From positions 928,001 to 992,000 of the forward strand of contig CBDCSU010000006.1 of the NCBI GenBank assembly GCA_965221775.1: a stretch of DNA of 64,000 nt, read 5' to 3'. Below the pieces are notes generated by a model, which was not told the DNA's origin, ran no database searches, and saw nothing but the letters and a program-made list of their open reading frames with translations. This document shows, piece after piece, positions 60,660 through 64,000 of this stretch. The stretch's first letter is position 1. Every line of letters begins with the position of its first letter. The position numbers were made by a program, and so were the translations under genes. The DNA is from Candidatus Latescibacterota bacterium (GTDB lineage: Bacteria > Latescibacterota > UBA2968 > UBA8231).

Positions 60660-62044
60660 GGGCTCTGCGCTCCCTGATCCTGGCCGGCGCTCTCGTCTGG
60701 CTGGCGGCCTGCGGCGACCCCGTGGAGCGCCACATCGACACCATCATCGAGGGCGAGGGCGATCTGGAGGAGGCCCGGCTGGCCCTGAACATGGCCAAGG
60801 GCTACGCCGTCGATCCGCTGATCGCCGCCTTCGAGGACCGCTCCCTGCCGGCGCGCGCCCGCGTCGACCTGGCCGAGTCCCTCTACCGGCTCTACCTGCG
60901 TGAGGCCGACCGCCGCATCTTCGCCAGCCTCGTGGCCGGCCTGGAGGACCCGGAGCCCCGGGTGCGGGCCGGCGTGGCGCGCGCCATCGGCAACCTGCGG
61001 CGGCCCGAGGCGGTGGCACCGCTGCTGGCGCGCTTCGAGGCGGAGACCGATCCGGCCATGAAGGGCGAGATCCTGTCCACCCTCGAGTTCATGTCCTCCG
61101 AGCCCGACGGCGACTGGGGCACGCGCGCGAACCCCGACCTGCTGGACGCGGCCCAGAAGGAGAGCTTCGGCGCCGGCCTGCGGGCCGTGGTCGCCGCCGG
61201 ACCGCCCGAGGAGTTGCGCACGGCGGCGACGGAGTGGCTGGAGGTGCTGGCCGAGGATCGCTCCGAAGAGGCGGAGAACCTCTTCCTGGCGGCTGACGCG
61301 GCCGGCGCCGAGGCCCTGCTGCGCTCGGCCCTGGAGCTGGCGCCGGGGAGCCTCAACATCCACCAGAAGCTCGGCAAGCTGTTCTACGCCATGGGCGACG
61401 AGGAGCGAGGCCGGGAGTACCTGGAGCGCCTCGGCATGGTGGCGCGCGCCCCCCGGCTGAAGGCGCGCCCGAAGATCGACGGCCGCCTCGACGAGCCGGC
61501 GTGGCGCCAGGTGCGTCCCCATACCGGGTTCTACCAGTGCATCTGGCGGCTCACGGCCCGGCCCGCCGAGGGCCGCTCCGAGGCCTGGGTCGGCTACCGC
61601 GCCGACACCCTCTACATCGCCGTGAAGGGCTACGAGCCGAGCACGGCCAACCTGGCCGCCTCGGAGACGGAGCGGGACGGCGATGTCCACGCCGACGACT
61701 GCATGGAACTCTTCATCGACACCAACCGCGACAGCCAGTCCTTCCATCACTTCATCATCAACACCCTCGGCGCCATCCGGGACAGCCACCATGGTCCCGG
61801 CCGGCCGGGATCGTCCTGGAACGGCGCCATCGAGGTGGGCACCGCCGTGGCCGACACCTTCTGGGTCGTGGAGGCGGCGATCCCGACGGCGCAGCTGGAG
61901 GAGGGCCCCGCCGCGCCGGGCGTGGAGTGGGGCTTCAACCTGGCGCGGGTGCGGATCGGCAACGCCTCGGAGTACGGCCAGTGGGTGCCGACCTACGGAA
62001 ACGCCCACCGCCCCGACCGCTTCGGGGTGCTGGTCTTCGATTAA
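60656..62044 (+). CDS. Lipoprotein with HEAT/TPR repeats and a C-terminal CBM9-like domain
   Basis: WLAAC lipobox; LEDPEPRVRAGVARAIG; KIDGRLDEPAW, DDCMELFID, WVVEAAIP, WGFNLAR. Confidence 0.78.
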   Translation: MRALRSLILAGALVWLAACGDPVERHIDTIIEGEGDLEEARLALNMAKGYAVDPLIAAFEDRSLPARARVDLAESLYRLYLREADRRIFASLVAGLEDPEPRVRAGVARAIGNLRRPEAVAPLLARFEAETDPAMKGEILSTLEFMSSEPDGDWGTRANPDLLDAAQKESFGAGLRAVVAAGPPEELRTAATEWLEVLAEDRSEEAENLFLAADAAGAEALLRSALELAPGSLNIHQKLGKLFYAMGDEERGREYLERLGMVARAPRLKARPKIDGRLDEPAWRQVRPHTGFYQCIWRLTARPAEGRSEAWVGYRADTLYIAVKGYEPSTANLAASETERDGDVHADDCMELFIDTNRDSQSFHHFIINTLGAIRDSHHGPGRPGSSWNGAIEVGTAVADTFWVVEAAIPTAQLEEGPAAPGVEWGFNLARVRIGNASEYGQWVPTYGNAHRPDRFGVLVFD

Positions 62045-62067
62045 CCCCAACCGAAAGGAGAACCGCC

Positions 62068-62418
62068 GTGGACAGGATCACCCTCTATCACAACCCCGGC
62101 TGAAGCAAGTCGAGGGGCGCGCTGGCAATCCTGCGCGCCCGGGGCGTCGAGTTCGACGTCGTCGAGTACCTGCACCACCCGCCGAACGAGCCGCAGTTGC
62201 GACGGTTCCTGGAGCTGCTCGACTGCGAGCCAAAGGAGATGATCCACCCGGGCTCCTTCGAGGACCTCGGCCTCGACCTGGACGACTACAACACGGCCGA
62301 CGCCTTGGTGGGCCTGCTGCTGGAGCATCCCGGGGTGATGAACCGGCCGATCTGCGTGCGCGGGGACCGGGCGGTGATCGCCCGGCCGGAGGAGCTTGTT
62401 GAGGAGATCCTCGACTGA
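62068..62418 (+). CDS. arsC: ArsC-family (arsenate reductase-like) selenoprotein, 116 aa, with in-frame UGA
   Basis: AAGGAG RBS, GTG 62068; ITLYHNPG-U-SKSR matches ArsC HNPxCSKSR with TGA at 62101-62103; downstream VEYL..P, MNRPI, IARP. Confidence 0.9.
62115..62140 (+). promoter_or_regulatory. Putative bacterial SECIS of the arsC selenoprotein
   Basis: Hairpin GGGCGCGC-TGGCAATCCT-GCGCGCCC after an 11-nt spacer from the UGA. Confidence 0.7.
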
Positions 62419-62424
62419 GGGGGC

Positions 62425-62892
62425 TCAGCCGCCTTCCTCGGGATCCTCCGTCTCGCGGGCCACGCGCAGACGCAGCTCCGTGCTGGAGAAGGTGTGGGGC
62501 CGCGTGTTGAAGTAGCAGCGGTCGAAGGACTCCGCGCGGCCGGTGAAGTCCGTGTCCCGGTACTCGTCCCCGAGGATGCGGACGTCCCAGTCGACGGAGC
62601 GCAGGATCTCGACGACGTCGTCCTCCGTGTCGTAGACGATGATCTCGTCCACGTACTTGCAGGCCGACACCTGGATCTGGCGCTCGACGATGCTCTGGAT
62701 CGGCTTGTTCTTGTCGGGCCGGTCGATGGTGGGGTCGGTCTGGATGCAGACGATCAGGTGGTCGCAGACCGTCTTGGCCTCCTGGAGCATGAGCACGTGA
62801 CCGGCGTGGAAGAGGTCGAAGGCGCCGAAGGTGATGCCCTTCTTCACCTTGGCCCGCGGCGGCTCGCCGGTCGGTTGCTGGGGCGTGATCAT
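62425..62892 (-). CDS. Cytidylyltransferase (TagD/glycerol-3-phosphate cytidylyltransferase-like)
   Basis: GAFDLFHAGH (HxGH), KYVDEI, SSTELR. Confidence 0.85.
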   Translation of the reverse strand: MITPQQPTGEPPRAKVKKGITFGAFDLFHAGHVLMLQEAKTVCDHLIVCIQTDPTIDRPDKNKPIQSIVERQIQVSACKYVDEIIVYDTEDDVVEILRSVDWDVRILGDEYRDTDFTGRAESFDRCYFNTRPHTFSSTELRLRVARETEDPEEGG

Positions 62893-63041
62893 GGGGTGAA
62901 GAATCCGGGGTGTGCCGGCTCCGGTCAAGGGAGGTGACAGGGCCGGACCCGCCCCCGGCCGGACCCGGTTTTCTTACCTTGCAGCGCCGACAGCCGGGCC
63001 GCCCCGGGGCGGCCCGGGCCGGCCTCGACCCCGCACTGGAG

Positions 63042-63902
63042 ATGAGAGTGGACCCCCGTCATCTCGCCCACACACTGACCCCGGAGGAGTCGCGGCAGTT
63101 CGAGCGCGACGGGTTCTTCGCCGTCGAAGAGGCGATCCCGGAGAGCCTCGTGCAGCGCCTGCTGCCGGTCTGCGATCGCATCGACCGCGAGGAGCGCGAA
63201 GGTCAGGGGAAGGGCCCCGAGGAGCGCATCAACCACTTCGACTTCATCGGCCGGGACGAGATCTTCCTGGAGCTGCTCGACTGGGGGAGGACCTTCCCGA
63301 AGGTGTGGGGCATCCTCGGCTGGCACATCCAGCTCTACCACACCCACATGATGATCACCCCCCCGGAGCCGGCGGGACGCACCCTCGCCGAACACGGGCT
63401 CGACCTCGGCTGGCACCAGGACACGGGCCTGCTGAACCAGGACCTCGAGACCGATCCGCGGCCCCGGGTGTCGTTGAAGGTGGGCTTCTTCCTCACCGAC
63501 ACGAGCGAGGAGGGCCGGGGCAACTTCTACGTGGTGCCCGGGTCGCACCTGCGCAACGAGTTCCCGGGACCTGATCGCAAGAGCCTGGTGGACGGCGCCG
63601 TGGCCGTCCGCGCGGCGCCGGGCACGGCCGTGTTCTTCGACCGCCGCCTGTGGCACTCGGGCAGCGCCAACTACTGGCGCGAGGCGAGGCGGGTCCTGTT
63701 CTACGGCTACTCGTACCGCTGGCTGCGGCCGCGCGACGACATGACCGTGGAGCACTACCTGGACGGTTGCGATCCCATCCGCAAGCAGCTGCTCGGGGTC
63801 TCCCACTCCGGAGGCCACGGCTACACCTCGCCGACGCCCGAGGACGTGCCGCTGCGGGCCTGGCTGGAGGAGCACGGCGCCGAGGCGCCCGTGAAGGGTT
63901 GA
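63042..63902 (+). CDS. Phytanoyl-CoA dioxygenase (PhyH) family Fe(II)/2OG enzyme
   Basis: FERDGF, WHQD, VVPGSH, FDRRLWHSG, R..LFYGY. Confidence 0.88.
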   Translation: MRVDPRHLAHTLTPEESRQFERDGFFAVEEAIPESLVQRLLPVCDRIDREEREGQGKGPEERINHFDFIGRDEIFLELLDWGRTFPKVWGILGWHIQLYHTHMMITPPEPAGRTLAEHGLDLGWHQDTGLLNQDLETDPRPRVSLKVGFFLTDTSEEGRGNFYVVPGSHLRNEFPGPDRKSLVDGAVAVRAAPGTAVFFDRRLWHSGSANYWREARRVLFYGYSYRWLRPRDDMTVEHYLDGCDPIRKQLLGVSHSGGHGYTSPTPEDVPLRAWLEEHGAEAPVKG

Positions 63903-63905
63903 GCG

Positions 63906-64000
63906 ATGAGAAGATTGAAGGTCCTGCTGCTGCAGATGGAGAGCATGTTCGAGCCCTGGGGCGCCGACGTGATCGAAGCCGTCGGCGACCGCCACGACCT
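63906..64000 (+). CDS. 5' end of a gene truncated by the window edge (function unassigned)
   Basis: ATG 3 nt after the PhyH stop; open frame MRRLKVLLLQMESMFEPWGADVIEAVGDRHD. Confidence 0.6.
   Translation, partial: MRRLKVLLLQMESMFEPWGADVIEAVGDRHD

Noticed and set aside
600-62500. Other TGA-terminated genes as further selenoproteins
   Set aside because: In those inspected the protein is complete at the TGA, often overlapping the next start, with no Cys-equivalent position; not an exhaustive scan

Overview
High-GC bacterial chromosomal window with about 48 real genes; the many long antisense ORFs in the track are GC shadows. Gene content suggests an FCB-group organism such as Latescibacterota (inference): sulfatase, DUF6785-like membrane proteins, FlgD-Ig-tailed secreted proteins, ASPIC/UnbV and TPR proteins, and a C-terminal SWGxxK motif. 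Main elements: (1) a selA-selB-selC selenocysteine locus plus two UGA-recoded selenoproteins missed by the ORF track, a SelW/Rdx-type CxxU protein (11161-11388, -) and an ArsC with Sec at the catalytic position (62068-62418, +), each followed by a SECIS-like hairpin. (2) A fossil ~41-kb tandem duplication whose first copy has collapsed to ~4 kb (13.3-17.2 kb), leaving colinear gene fragments and a chimeric mini-ORF. (3) A large envelope/glycan-use region (17-62 kb) with no SusC/SusD, containing three FlgD/CHU_C-tailed paralogues, a putative outer-membrane protein, a parvulin foldase, beta-propeller hydrolases, a PL26/YetA-like lyase, CBM9-like proteins and orphan ABC-2 permeases. (4) A CDP-3,6-dideoxyhexose (rfbFGH) + GT2 + GT-C-like operon. 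(5) One intact and one collapsed vapBC toxin-antitoxin module. No CRISPR array, rRNA, transposase or integrase was seen. All family calls come from motif reading, not database searches.
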